Positions 21,284 through 34,290 of a stretch of 64,000 bases of DNA are shown here, one piece after another. The position numbers and the translations under genes were made by a program. The notes under the pieces were generated by a model. It was not told the origin of the DNA, ran no database searches, and saw only the letters and a program-made list of their open reading frames with translations. Source of the stretch: Selaginella moellendorffii (lineage: Eukaryota > Plantae > Lycopodiophyta); assembly GCF_000143415.4 (NCBI RefSeq), contig NW_003314320.1, positions 556,586-620,585 on the forward strand, read 5' to 3'. Every line of letters begins with the position of its first letter. The first letter of the stretch is position 1.

Positions 21284-24200
21284 TTTCTCCTTACCCTACC
21301 TTGCAAGAACGCGAATTCGTCGTGAGAAGATCTAAGAGCGGCGGCGGCGGCGGCAGCACCCGCAACGAGCATGCTGTTGTCACAAGCCCGCCATGGCTCG
21401 CCCTCGCTCGCGCGCTGCCGTAGCACGCACGTCCCCGGCGCCTTACAAAACCCTAAGAACTGGACTGATATTGATTGATTGGCATAGAGGTCGGTATTGG
21501 TCTATGCGGCCACGGCCCGTCAGTGCCCGTCAGTCCCCGTCAAACTATGTCACTTAATCGGGGAAATTTCTGCAAAAGCATCTTGAAACTTGTTTTTATG
21601 GAATTTATGATTTGATTGACTGTCTAACTCGCAACCTCCCCGGCAACGACAGCTTGGACACATTGGCAGTGTTTGGCAGTGTTTGGCAGTGTTTTGCAAT
21701 TACAAGAGACTCACAATTAACAAGGTGAAAACCAAGATCTTGGTTTTTGGCAATCTCACTGAAACAAACAAGGAGTGAACCCTACGCCAACCTCCCAACC
21801 ATTAAGGCGTTATGGCTTTAAATCCCACACCTCTCCAGGGCACACAAGTCACTGTCCTGTCACCACTGGGTGATTGTAGAACTCCATTAATGTGCATCAC
21901 CAAAGATGCCCAGGGATCTCCGGTTTTGTCCCACATACATCGCATGGCATGGGTGCAAGACGTCGAACATGTTTTAAATGACTCCCCAACGCTTTCGCCG
22001 GCTCCGTCCAGGGATCAGCCGCGCATGGCATCCTGGAAGGAACAGCCTGGGCACCGCAATTCTGCGAGATTGGAAACTACGTGACAAGAAATGGTGAGCT
22101 AACTCATGGAGGCATTCCAATGCGGACAAGTGCAGAGTCCACAACAAACGGTGCTGTGGACCCAGGGAGGAGTATGCCGACCGAATCACAAGCAGCTCGG
22201 CTCAACGGCGCTGTGGAGGAGGAGGAGGGGACGATGACGAAGATGTTGAAGATAACGAAAATGTGGAGTGCTCAGCGACCACAACAGACATTTTTTAATA
22301 CATCATCAGTCTCATATGCTTCTTAGTAAACAGTAAATAAAATAAAATAATTCTGCATCATTGTTAATCATAAAGTTGATATAGACAAAGTAACACATGA
22401 ATTTCAAGCGCCAAAAATTTTCTTTTGTAAAGAACACCAAAGGCTTTCAATTCAACTAGGATTTTGCCACTTCAATCTTTAATCCCAATAGTAATTTCTA
22501 TAGATTAAAAAAAGCTACTGCCAAAAGAAAGATAACTGGTTTAGAGAATTATTTTCCTACTAAACATTCCTTTTTTGACATGTCCAAGAATGTTTCCTGA
22601 CCATTTTCCACAAAGCCCCAATTGAGCCTTAGCCTCTACCAAGATAAAAGGTGTTGAGAAGGAAGCCGTAGATAAAAAAATATAATATTCTAAAAATGAA
22701 ATCTAAGGTTTAACAAAATTTACATAAATATAGATGATCTAATTCTTTAAGTGTTATTAAGTTTGGTCTTTAATTCTAGGAATTCTTTTGCTATTTATTC
22801 CTTTTAAATTCTTTTATTCTTAATAACTCTGGTTTAAGAATCTTAATTGCCAATATAGGCTCTAAATGCCATCTTTGATTGCCAGCCTCTTCTGGACTCT
22901 GACCTGCACAAGAGCATGGAGGGTGAGTTTTGGAGGTAAGTTTTATTGTTGATGACCAGGTTCATTTCTAAAATCACTCAAGACACGGTTTCTTGTTTTG
23001 CTCACAGATGTGAACACAAAGCTTTGTTTATCCTCTTGGCGAGCAGGTGATGATGACAGGGTTGTGACATGACTTCCAAGATTGGCTCCATGCCAGTTAA
23101 CATGGGAAGCATGTGATTGTCAAGAAGAGGGAATCTGACCTGCGAGGAATGGAGCTGGAAGGAAACTTTCGTGTACCATGATGCCAGGGGCTGTTCATCT
23201 TGCTCTTGATTTTGTCTAGATTCTTATCAGAGAAAAGTTTTTGCTGGTTCCATTCTGGATTGAAAGTGGAGATAGAAAAAGCAGTGAAGATATTTTGATT
23301 TATTTGACTTTTAGTTGTATCTATACTCGATCCATATAAATAGGTTATGAGATTTGATGCAAAGAAAGAGATTGGGTCATGTTTGTTATAAGGGAGTCAA
23401 AGCTATTCTACTAGATATATGGTAAGAATTATATGATTATTTTTACCTTGTTTTTCTTGTGGAGGCTCTAGGACAAAAGATAAAATTCACAACACTTATT
23501 CCACACAATATAAAGGCCTGTATTTCTAAGAAGTGGTTAAGAGAATCTTCAAGAAGCATAAGGTGGTGGTAGTGGTGGAAAAGTTTTGAAGGAATTAATC
23601 TAAATGAATATAGAATATTTAATAATAATCTAAGTATGTCAGTTTGCATAAAACAAACTTTAAAAATAATTAATATAAAAAATATTTAATTGAAATAAAT
23701 TACAAAGATCATGTCATATATTTGCTATCTCTTTGTATTTATTAAGGAATATATTCAGCCACAATAAAACTTAAGCCCTAAATCTTTACTCATGGGATTT
23801 GAATTTGAAATTTACTATATATATGAATGGGCATTTGAGATTAAAGTTATATTTCTAAATTTTCTGAAATTGGTTTCAACAATTTTAAGGATTTTATACT
23901 TAAAGTGTTCAATATAATTTTTTTTTTCATTCATTGTTTAATATTTTAGTAGTTTTGTTGTCTTTCTCTCAATAACAAGCTCCTAACAATTTAAACACTC
24001 TAATATTAATGGCTTCTTTAGATCATTTTCTTCAACTTCAGTTAGATCTTGATACCATATAAAGTATTAAAGTAATCTTATACAACACTTCATTTATAGC
24101 TCTAACAAATTATTTAGCACTAATAGCGACTTTTTAATTTAGAGCTATCCCAATAAAGTTTAATAGTATATAGTCTGAGTTCTATGGCTTCTTTAACCAA

Positions 24201-26076
24201 ATTAGGCTTTGAATTTAGCTTGGTTAATACCCCATTCTAACTTTTTTGTGTTAGCCTAATTAAATCTCTTTTTACTACCTACCCATTTTGAAAAGAGTGA
24301 TTCTGTTCTTTAGAATTTCAATCTTTTTATTTAGCTCTTCACAAAATAATACTAATCAAGAGTTTACTCCCATCAATAAATTGTTACAATTGTGATAAAG
24401 CTTCAAATCTATATTTGCCTATGTATTGGAGTTTCAAATGGTCACTATTGATATTTTATGGGATGATATAACCCTCAAAAAATAATTTCACCTTAGCCTT
24501 TATGATGATGCAAAGATCTCATACTTTTATTATCCAAATCTAATATCTTTCATAACTACCATTGATTTTGCTATTTATTATGATAATTAATTATAAAAAT
24601 GACAATTGAAATCTCATTATTAAACCTTTGTTACTCGTCCAATAGCCCCAATCTTGGAGCAACCAGCACATGAGCAAGGCAAAGTTCAAATATAAATTGA
24701 AGTTATATGCTAATAGCACTTTTTCAAGGCTGAATAATAATATCAAATCAAGAACCCCCTTTGTATATTAGCAATACAAACCACTTTCGGAAGTAATATC
24801 TTTATTTTTGTGCTTGCCATATAGTTGTTTATGAAAAATGAGAATATTTAGTCTAATTAGGGGTTATTTGACTATATGAATTATCTTATTTTACTTATTT
24901 TGGCTTTATTCCTCCTTCATAGATTTTCAAGTTTTTTCATTTCATTTTATAAAATCTATATAGTCTTTTTTCAACTTTTAAATAATAACAATGCTAATAA
25001 AAACTTCATCGATTAAAAATGTACACTTTTTTGTGGCATTTTTCTTCAACCATCACAACATCCAACTTATGGTGAAGTGGTAGATTGTTGATAAATCCTC
25101 TCTAGATTCATCACACATGAAATTGAGTTGGTAAAAGTAATAGCATTTAAAACTTATTGCAATATCTCTTTCAATATTAATTCCATCCCGAAGACCTTTA
25201 TCATTCTTAGTTTTCTTTACTTTGAGTGAATAAATTTGACAATAGGTTGGAAGTGGCATAATGTCAATTGGATAATTCTCCCCTTCTCCAAGTATCTTCT
25301 TTTTCTTTTATAATCTAAATTTTTTACATTTCTTTGTATGAGTTCTAAGTTACCAGCTGTCATAATACTAATTCTATCTTCATAATTGTTGTTCATTTAA
25401 CATTAACTCTATTTATCAAAATCAAATCCACTTTTTCTTTCAAACATACCAAATTTAAGAATGTTTTCCACAAGAAAATAATTGATATTTTCCACCATAT
25501 CAATCTTGTGGAAGGGAAATCACCACCATTTTGGTGTATTTACAATTTTTCATTAACAAAGTTGGAGACATTACATAAGAAAAAGAGAATATTTTTAAAT
25601 GTTTTCTCAATCACTAATTGATGCACTTATCTTTTTTGTATCCAAGAAAGACAAATCTTTTCATTCAATGATTGACTATTATAATCTGAACAAAGTCATC
25701 ATTCCTAACTAAAACTTACTTCTATTGATCCCTGAAATATTAGAGTTACTTTCCAAGATATGATTTTTCACAAAAATTGATTTGTATGGCATTTATAACC
25801 TCATTTACATTTAAGAGGGTGATGAGTGATTAAGAACCTTTTATATTTAATATGCCCACTTTAAGTATACAGTGATACTTTTTGTTTGATCAATGTATTT
25901 GTTGTTTTATAACATATGGTGAGTGATTTTTTTATCTCTTTATTATCATTCTTGATGATATTTTTATTTTCTTTGAGACTTGAGAAAAGTGCAAACATCA
26001 TGTTCACCTTATACTCCAAAGCCTTTAACTATATGGCATTTTTGCAAAGATTGAATAATGTTTTTTTGACTAAGAT

Positions 26077-27602
26077 TGTAAGCAATTAAATTTTCCATTC
26101 TACTTTAGTCACTTAACCACACCTCCAACCACTTGGAGAAGTCTTACTCACAACCTCTATAAATCTTATTCCGGACTTGGGGACTTGCTAGCACCAAGAA
26201 TGGCATCTGTGCCACTCAACCGTTGCACTTAGTCCAAATGCTCCATGTGTTTGGTCCCATGATTAACACTCAAAGGTATCATTGACATATTGGCCCATTA
26301 CGCTAAAGCCATGCCCATTCACCTTTGCCGCATTAGTGGTCTAATACCACTTGCATCACAGTCCTGTCTTCCCAAGACTGGGCCATCTATCCACGAATGG
26401 TCATCCCAGATCCACTCCTTAGCATCCTTAGGATGCCCATAGACATGGGGAATAACCTTCCCCAATATCCCTTTGTCAGTTCCTACTAAGTCCCTTTTCT
26501 GTCCATGGCCGAGTTTGCCTACACTACCACTGGGAAAAGGCCTATAGGCTTGACCATTAAGTCCCATTGTCCTCTGGGACTTTCTTATCATATGACTGTA
26601 TCCTTGGTCACCACACCAAAGGACTACTCCTCTTCCATTCTATAGTCTAGGACTTTGGGACAACATTTCGGAACACCGTGGCCTTACGTGAGCCTCGTGG
26701 GTACTTTCCTTGCTTTCTGCCTTTGGGTGCTTTAACTATGGGCTTAGAGCAAGGTTCCGTTGAGCCACGCTAGGTATCCAAGTAGGTAGTGCCACCCACA
26801 CTTGGACTGGGAGCATCAACCATTTGATCTCCCGGAGGAACTAGAGTTGGCTCTTGAACATTTTACCAAGCTACCCTACTTGTCAGTCTGTATTCACTTT
26901 AGCTTTGGACTTTCTAATGGTTATCTCATCACCCAATACTTGGGTACAGCCTTTCTTGGCCAAACTAGCCTTTCTTGGCCAAATTGAGTCCACTGGAGTC
27001 TTCCCTCTACTATACTTTTGGAGCTCACCAAACCCCCCAGGGTCTGGGAGACGAATGCTTTGGGCTTTCACCCTCTCAGACTCGAACTCAGACTCGAACT
27101 CGAACTCGAACTTGGATTCGGATCTGGACTCAGACTCGGACTTGGGCTTGGGCTCGGACTCGGCCTTGGCCTCGGTCTCGGTCTCGGCCCCAGTCTCAGT
27201 CTCAGTCCCGACTTCGGACTCTATCTCGGGTCCTTCTTAGACTCCATCTTGGATTCCATCTTAGACTCCATCTTGGGTCCATTTTGGACTCCATCTCGGA
27301 TCCATCTCGAACTCCATCTCGGGTCTATTTTGGACTCCATCTCGGACTCCATCTCGGACTCCATCTTGGGTCCATCTCGAACTCCATCTCGGTCCATTTC
27401 GGACTCCATCTCTGGTCCATCTCGGATTCCATCATCTCGAACTCCATTCTGGTCCATCTCGGACTCCATCTCGGCCCATCTCGGACTCCTCAAGTCAGAT
27501 CTTTTAGTCCAAATGTATTACGCTCGTTTGGCATTTGCTTCGGCCACTACCACGTGGCACCCTTTCGGCTCCACTTTGGGGCTTAGGGATTTGTGTCTCA
27601 CA
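26077..27602 (-). mobile_element. Solo LTR (1526 bp) related to the LTR at 3385-4533
   Basis: Starts TGTAAG, ends CTCACA and is flanked by a perfect 5-bp TSD AAGAT (26072-26076, 27603-27607). Shares blocks AACACCGTGGCCT and CTACTATACTTTTGGA...GCTTTGGGCTTTCACCC with the first LTR, followed by a similar array. Confidence 0.92.
27075..27490. repeat. 6-bp then 12-bp (CTCCATCTCGGA) tandem array inside the solo LTR
   Basis: Directly visible periodicity. Confidence 0.95.
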
Positions 27603-28257
27603 AAGATTTGGTTGTATTTTTGGGATATATTATTTTCTTATAGGCTTCATAATGAATTTTACCAAGGTTTACCTTATTTTTAAGTGGTAATACCTAAATT
27701 TTATTTGTGATATTTAATACTTCCTTAACTTTGCAAATTGTTATTGGCACTTTATTTGAGATTTCTTTAAAATTGCTCTTCCTCTAACGTAATTCACTAT
27801 AAAGGATACTTATTTTATGTGGTCTTCTATTGCTTAAACTTTTCTTAATCTCTCAAAGTTTGTATACACTTCTGCTCTAGGTTTTATCTATCTAGACAAC
27901 ACAAAATTATATTTCATTATGCATTTCCACGTATCATAACATTTGTCATATGTCAATCATTCTTTTGTACCCTTTTTTGAGACCCAATTACAAATCACTT
28001 TATACTCATTCCTTAAGCACTTTTTAGGGAGTTTCACTTCTACTTTCAACTTTCTAAGTTAAAGCTTTTAGTCCAAATGTATTACACTTGTTAAACTTCC
28101 ACCTTGGCAATTGTATTATGGATCACCTTTGGCTCTCCTTTGGGACATAGGGATTTATGTTTTACATAGCCTTAGATATATCTAGCTTCATATATATTTG
28201 ATATTTTAGACACTTGATTTTTATAAATAATTAATGAGAATGACTCAAAAGATGATC

Positions 28258-28783
28258 TATAGGGGTTTAAACATAAAGGGAAAGGGCCTATGAATAAAAA
28301 TACACCCCTTTTTTTAATCAGTTTATAATATTAGGATTAAGTACTATTAGGTTTGAATTATGACCTCTAAAGAAGTTTAAATTCAAGAGTTTATATTTGG
28401 TATCAAAGGGGTCTCGAGTTCAATTTTGTTGGTTGGCTAGGGGAATTATACTATATATTGATATTAACATTTGATAAGTTTAGTTTGCCTCCAACTAAGA
28501 TTAACTTGAAGGGTAGAGTGTTAAGAGAGTGGGGCTCTCAAAAGAATTGCAATTCTCAACTTCCATTCATGAGAGCGTGAAGTTACAATGAAATATGGTG
28601 GATTATAAGCAACTAAAAAAAATAATTCAAAAAAGATTTATAAGGGTTCAAATATAGAAAGAAAGAGCTTATGAACTAGAGTGGGCTCGCTTTTAATCTG
28701 TTAAAGGTTTTGAGATATCTGGGGTTAAGTGTTTTTGTTTGAATAATACTAACCTCTCAAGAAGTTTAAATTCAAGAGTTTTA
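28258..28783 (+). mobile_element. Second, unrelated, decayed TRIM-like element
   Basis: ~140-bp direct repeats (28258-28395, 28639-28783) sharing ACCTCT.AAGAAGTTTAAATTCAAGAGTTT, with PBS-like TGGTATCAAAG at 28398. An inverted partial LTR copy lies at ~30176-30280. No TSD is discernible. Confidence 0.7.
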
Positions 28784-30029
28784 GTAAAGTGAAATGATTT
28801 TGACATTATTCCACTTCGAGTTTTTGGGTTTTAGGATTTTAGTCTAAACTATAAACCCTAAAGTCTTCCATGTGGTTAAAAGTGTGGTTAAATGACTAAA
28901 TTAGAATGGAAATTTAGTTATTTATGTCATTTAGTTTTCACTTTTATATCATCTTTAACAAAAAGCTAGTTACAGTTGTGAACCCTTGTGAAGTTTGGTA
29001 TTATTTTTTTGAAAGTTTACTCTATATGACTATTATTTATAGTAATAACAACAACTTCTAATAATAATCTTTAGCACACATCCTCAATCAGTGTTAGGCT
29101 CACTATCCTATTTTTGGTTTGTGATTATACATTGTCAAGGGAAAGTGAATGCTTTTACTTGACATAGTTATCTCACATATTTAGAGATTTTATATTTGAC
29201 CTCTAGTATCAAACTATTATTGATTCCTCTTGCTTCAAAATTAACTCTATTATATAATTTTTTGCTCCTCTTGATCACTCCCTCAAGTCACAAATTAAAG
29301 TAGTTTATGCTATCGATCTATTTTTTTATAAAGCTTGGTAATTAATTTGTTTTAGTGCTTCTTTACCCCAATATGATGAGTATTAGTTTCTTCAATTTTG
29401 GGATAGCCTCCTTCATAGACATGTTTAATATGGCAAGATGTAGTATTATAGCATCCAAGTGTACCTATAACAATAGTTGGTATTTACTAGTGTGTGAATA
29501 TGATTATAGGTATCGAAATTTATTTGTTGGTATGTCCTTTTAGATGTTCTTTCCTTACTATTAGGAAATTGATATTGTTAGAGCCTTTAACAATTTTCAC
29601 CTAAACTTGTTGAGAAACTAGTCATCATGTATATACTTATGCCAAATAAACATAAAGTAAAAACTTTTATGTATTTCTTATTAAATATACTTGGCATAGT
29701 ATGAGAAATTCATATGTTAGTTTGCACTTGTTAGTGTTGGGAACCCTTATGATATACAGTTTAGTCCCTCATAAATGATAACTTATTATATCCACCAAGA
29801 GACTCTATTATCATTTCTTATATGTTGGTCATAATCGGTCATATTGGCTATTTATGGAAAGTGTCTAGATCTATTAGTGTGGTATGGTTCCCATATCCAA
29901 ATTTATAATTTAATGTCATTCCATATTTAATAAATTTTCATGATTGTCTACAAAATTAACTCTTAGGACTAGGGTGAAATACTAAAGCATGTTTTTATAT
30001 AGGGTCGAGGCCCTCTGGGGGTTCCAAAT

Positions 30030-31220
30030 GTATAGATAGTGGGTAGGTCAAGTATTGCTGACCAACCTAAGGCATAATCTAGGTGTTAGTCCTAGCATTG
30101 ACTCTTGTTTCTTTGCTCTTTAAATTATACACTTGAGAGTCATTTTGTACTCTAGTTCCTTTGCTCTTTAGCTAATGGAAACTTTTAAATTTAGTTTTCT
30201 TGGGAGGTCATGTAGCCCAAACCCAAGAATGCTTAACCCCAAATATTCTAAAACCTTTAAATGATTGAAGAAAGGGGGTAAAATGTTGTGGTATGCTTCA
30301 TTTGGTTTTTTCTAACCCTTTTATCTTGCTATAGGGCTTAGAAATCTATTGTTATAAATTTTTTAACTAATCTTCCATTTTCTTAAGGATTAAGAAACAT
30401 CTTTATTGTGGTCAATCAGTTTTCCAAAATAATTTATTTCTTACTATATCACAAGATGATTGATAAGGAGTAGTTGGCTAAGCTAATTTATAAAGAGATT
30501 TTTTGCCTTTATAAATGATATTGTTAGTGATTGGAGGCCTTCATTTATTTTTAACTTTAGTGTTAGTTTCTTTTCTTCATATCACAAGCAAGGTGTTTAC
30601 TTCACACCATCCTTAAATTAATGGGCAAATAAAGTGTACTTTGAGTAATATCTTTGATGTTTTATTTCTCATAATTAGAATGATTAGGTTGATTTTCTTC
30701 CTTCTACTGAGTTTATTTATAATAATTCTCAACAATTCTCAACACTCTTTAACACATTTATTGCAAATGTGACTATGGGTATCAAAAGTTACCTTTTAGT
30801 AAGTTCTTTTAAATATTTTTCTTTTATTTTACAATGGTAGGAGATCAATATTGTTGAACCCTTTATCATTCCCTTTTGTTTAAGTGTTAGATAGTGAGTA
30901 TAGTAGGGATAGTGGGTAGGTCAAGTATAGCTAACAAAATTAAGGCATAGATTAGCTCCTTACTTGCATATTTATCCTTGCTTTGCATTTGGCTTGGGTT
31001 TAAGCTCAAACTCTATACCATATTAGTTGGTGGAATACTCATATTTTTGTGTTATGCTAAAATAATACCAAAATCTATTTGGCTTTGTTTTGCGTATTAG
31101 TTTAGTATTGAAATGTTAAATGCTCTATGACTGTTCTTATGTCGCTTTGTACTCCTGTCCTTTTGCTCCTTAAACTAAAAGCTCAAGAGTTATACCATGC
31201 TCTAGTTCTTTCGCTCCTTA
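30030..31220 (+). mobile_element. Decayed gypsy integrase remnant between LTR-like repeats
   Basis: HP*INGQIKCT (~30605-30640, cf. HPQTDGQTER) and D*VDFLPSTEFIYNNSQ (~30680-30730, cf. DWVxxLPxAEFAYNNS); flanking repeat GATAGTGGGTAGGTCAAGTAT at ~30035 and ~30908. Confidence 0.65.
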
Positions 31221-31893
31221 ATGTATGCTTATAAGATTGGCTTCATTTTTTCATTCAATGGCCTAATGCTTTAAACTTGGGAGTGAGGCATATTAGCAAC
31301 TTAAGATTATACTTTGAGTTGATAGGATTAATGTTAGGTTATTAGTGGTTACCATAAGTTGTTATTATGTTACCATAAGTAAAAATAAACCTCTATTGGG
31401 TTTATTATGAGTGGCAAATAAGTTAGTCTGTAGTCTTAGTATAGCACTAGTGCTAAGCATGATTATAAGTGAATTAATTAAGACAATAGAGATTAATCTA
31501 TTAATCTAAGTAGTTATTGCCATGCTTTCTCATACACTTCTTTTGGATTGGATTGAAGGTAGTGTGAATGCAAATTTAAGATTTAGTCAAGTTAAAACCG
31601 AAAAGAGAGCCATTAGAGATAAAAGATCAAATCTATAAATCATTTTTTTTTCTCTGAAAGATGATTTGGAATGAAGTGTAACTCATTATTTGTATTCATA
31701 TAATGTAAATGAGAGTCTTTATTTTAATGCATATTGGTTATAATAGTCTTATAAATAGTGACTTGTGAGATGGCCAATAGTGAAGCACTACACTATCTTA
31801 GGTTTTTTATTAGAAAGCTTTGGTTGCAATACTTTTTTTTTTCTAAGGAATTTTGATATCACTCCTTGAGTAATATGGTGTTAGATTTGTTTT

Positions 31894-32320
31894 TATAGCA
31901 TATATAATTATGGGATGAGATATGGATATACTATTACTGTGGATATTTGGAATTTTGGGGGATAAATGAGGATAAAATAGCCACTAAAGGCTCTCTCATT
32001 ACACTTTTTTCAATTGGCTTAAGAGGAGAGAGATAAGGTGCATTACATATGGTATTAAAAGAAATGGTATAGATTCGATTCCCATAGATTAGTGGATATT
32101 TAAAATATAATATGAGCAAGGTATATTTTTATCTTTAAAATTGAAATCATATGTATTAGGCATTCACAGATGAATGTATCTACTGTGGGATTGCAGTACA
32201 TATGGATGGCTAATTATCTCATATAAAATAGCTTGTCTTAATAATCAATGAAGATATTGACATCTCTAAAAGTGGGGTAAGTGTAGCACATATGATTATA
32301 GGGTTGAGATTTGAATAACT
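31894..32320 (+). mobile_element. Second copy of the 5567-6643 TRIM family, lacking the RT insert; 3' LTR truncated
   Basis: LTR 31894-32047 is colinear with 5567-5728 (GGGATAAATG.GGATAAAATAG.CACTAA.GGCTCTCTCAT), followed by a decayed PBS, homologous internal region, PPT remnant and a second LTR start at 32282. Confidence 0.85.
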
Positions 32321-33283
32321 TAAATGAGTTAAAGGATAACTTTTCTATTTAATGCAAATATATTACCATTTAGACACTTTCCGACCATCATCGATAAGGA
32401 TATAACCAACGGAGTGAGCCACTCTTGTTAATTTGAGTTTACAAAAAATGATATACCCCTACCTACATGTGATATATAGAGAGAAGTTAAAGGCCTTAAT
32501 TCTTATGAGTATACAAACTAAACTTGTTAATAAGGTTTAAATAGACTATTATAAATATGCAATTTTATTTTTTACACAATTACACCCTTTTAAACAAAAT
32601 TAAAGACATGGATATTACCACTCGACAATAATTATCCCATAGTGAAAGATTTTACCATACATATAAAGTGCCAAAGCCAATTTATCTATACTAGCCTAAA
32701 CTTAAAAATCAATAGATGAACAATATTAAAGTCATAGATAAAGATATTTTAAAGACATCAACTTATCAGTGAAGAAACTTATATTAGAATATAAACATAT
32801 TTCAAATAAATTATCATATAGTATACCAGAATTATAGGAACCACTAAAATCATTATAGTTTGCAAATATAAAATTAATCATTAAATAAAATTTAATAGTA
32901 TGTATATCATTAAGAAAACTCAATGATAGAGCTTAAATACTGAATATTGTAAGCATGCCTAATAACTTACAAAAAAAAAGCCTAAAGAACATAAATTCTC
33001 ATCAATTTATAAGAAAAATACTTACAAATTTATCATCTAAAAAATAACATCCCAATTGATCAACACTAATTGAATAACAATCACTATGAAAGAATGAATG
33101 CTGTAAAGGCCAACAAAACACTCTTTCATATTAATTATTACACTAATTAATTTGAATAGATCATGATCAACAATACTAAAGAACTATAATTGCTCAAGCA
33201 TGCATCAATAACATCCTACTAATATCTCAAACCTAAAAGACCAATCCAGAGCAAACCATAAAAAATATATAATAATGCAAAAG

Positions 33284-34290
33284 AATAAAAGCTATAAAAA
33301 AGAGCAACTAACTAGCACTAGAAATCATTAATCATCTTATAAATAAAGATGCATAATCATTATTAGAGAATAGTCTACTATCCCTAAAAATGGTGAATCA
33401 TCTAGTATTAACAATAACCAAGAAAAACCACTAACAAAGATAATTAATTATTTTAGATGATGTTTAATATCACCAATGATTGTAAGATATGAAAGTTAAC
33501 TTGAACATCAAAACTCATGAGTTACAAAGAACAAAAAGCTCGAAACAATTTATAGTCAAATCTCATATCAACAATCACAAGTCTTATATAAATTAAATTT
33601 TATATATTATATTTTCAAAGCTCATGAGTTACAAAGAACAAAAAGCTCGAAACAATTTATAGTCAAATCTCATATCAACAATCACAAGTCTTATATAAAT
33701 TAAATTTTATATATTATATTTTCAAAGCTCATGAGTTACAAAGAACAAAAAACTCGAAACAATTTATAGTCAAATCTCATATCAACAATCACAAGTCTTA
33801 TATAAATTAAATTTTATATATTATATTTTTTTATCTAAGATGTAGAATTCATAATTCATTTAATACTGTATTAAAATACTTAAAACCATAAAAGGATAAA
33901 AGTTATAAAAAAGAACAACTAACTAGCACTAAAAATCATCAATCATTTTATAAATAAAGATGCATAATCATTATTGGAGAATAATCCACTATCCCTAAGA
34001 ATGGTGAATCATCTACTACTAACAATAACTAAAGAAAACCACTAACAAGGATAATTAATTATCCTAGATAATGCTTAATATCACTAATGATTGTAAGATA
34101 TGAAAGCTAACTTCAACATCAAAGCTCATAAGTTATAAAGAACAAAAAGCTCGAAAAAATTTATAGTCAAATTTCATATCAACAATCACAAGTCTTGTAT
34201 AAATTTAATTTTATATATTATAATTTTTTTTATCTAAGATGTAGAATTCATACTTCATTTATAACTGTATTGAAATACTTAAAACCATAA
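33284..34290. repeat. Nested tandem duplication: ~397-bp unit x2, with an internal 107-bp unit triplicated in the first copy
   Basis: 107-bp units start at 33509, 33616 and 33723 (near-identical), and once at 34120. The outer unit repeats with offset 611 = 397 + 2x107. Confidence 0.92.

Noticed and set aside
23400-26070. Possible LINE or CACTA coding remnants (for example an SDH-like motif near 24440)
   Set aside because: Too decayed to assign a family by eye.
26084-28925. Apparent terminal inverted repeats (26084-26136 vs 28868-28920) suggesting a DNA transposon
   Set aside because: The left arm is the start of the TSD-flanked solo LTR, so the right arm is better explained as an inverted LTR fragment.
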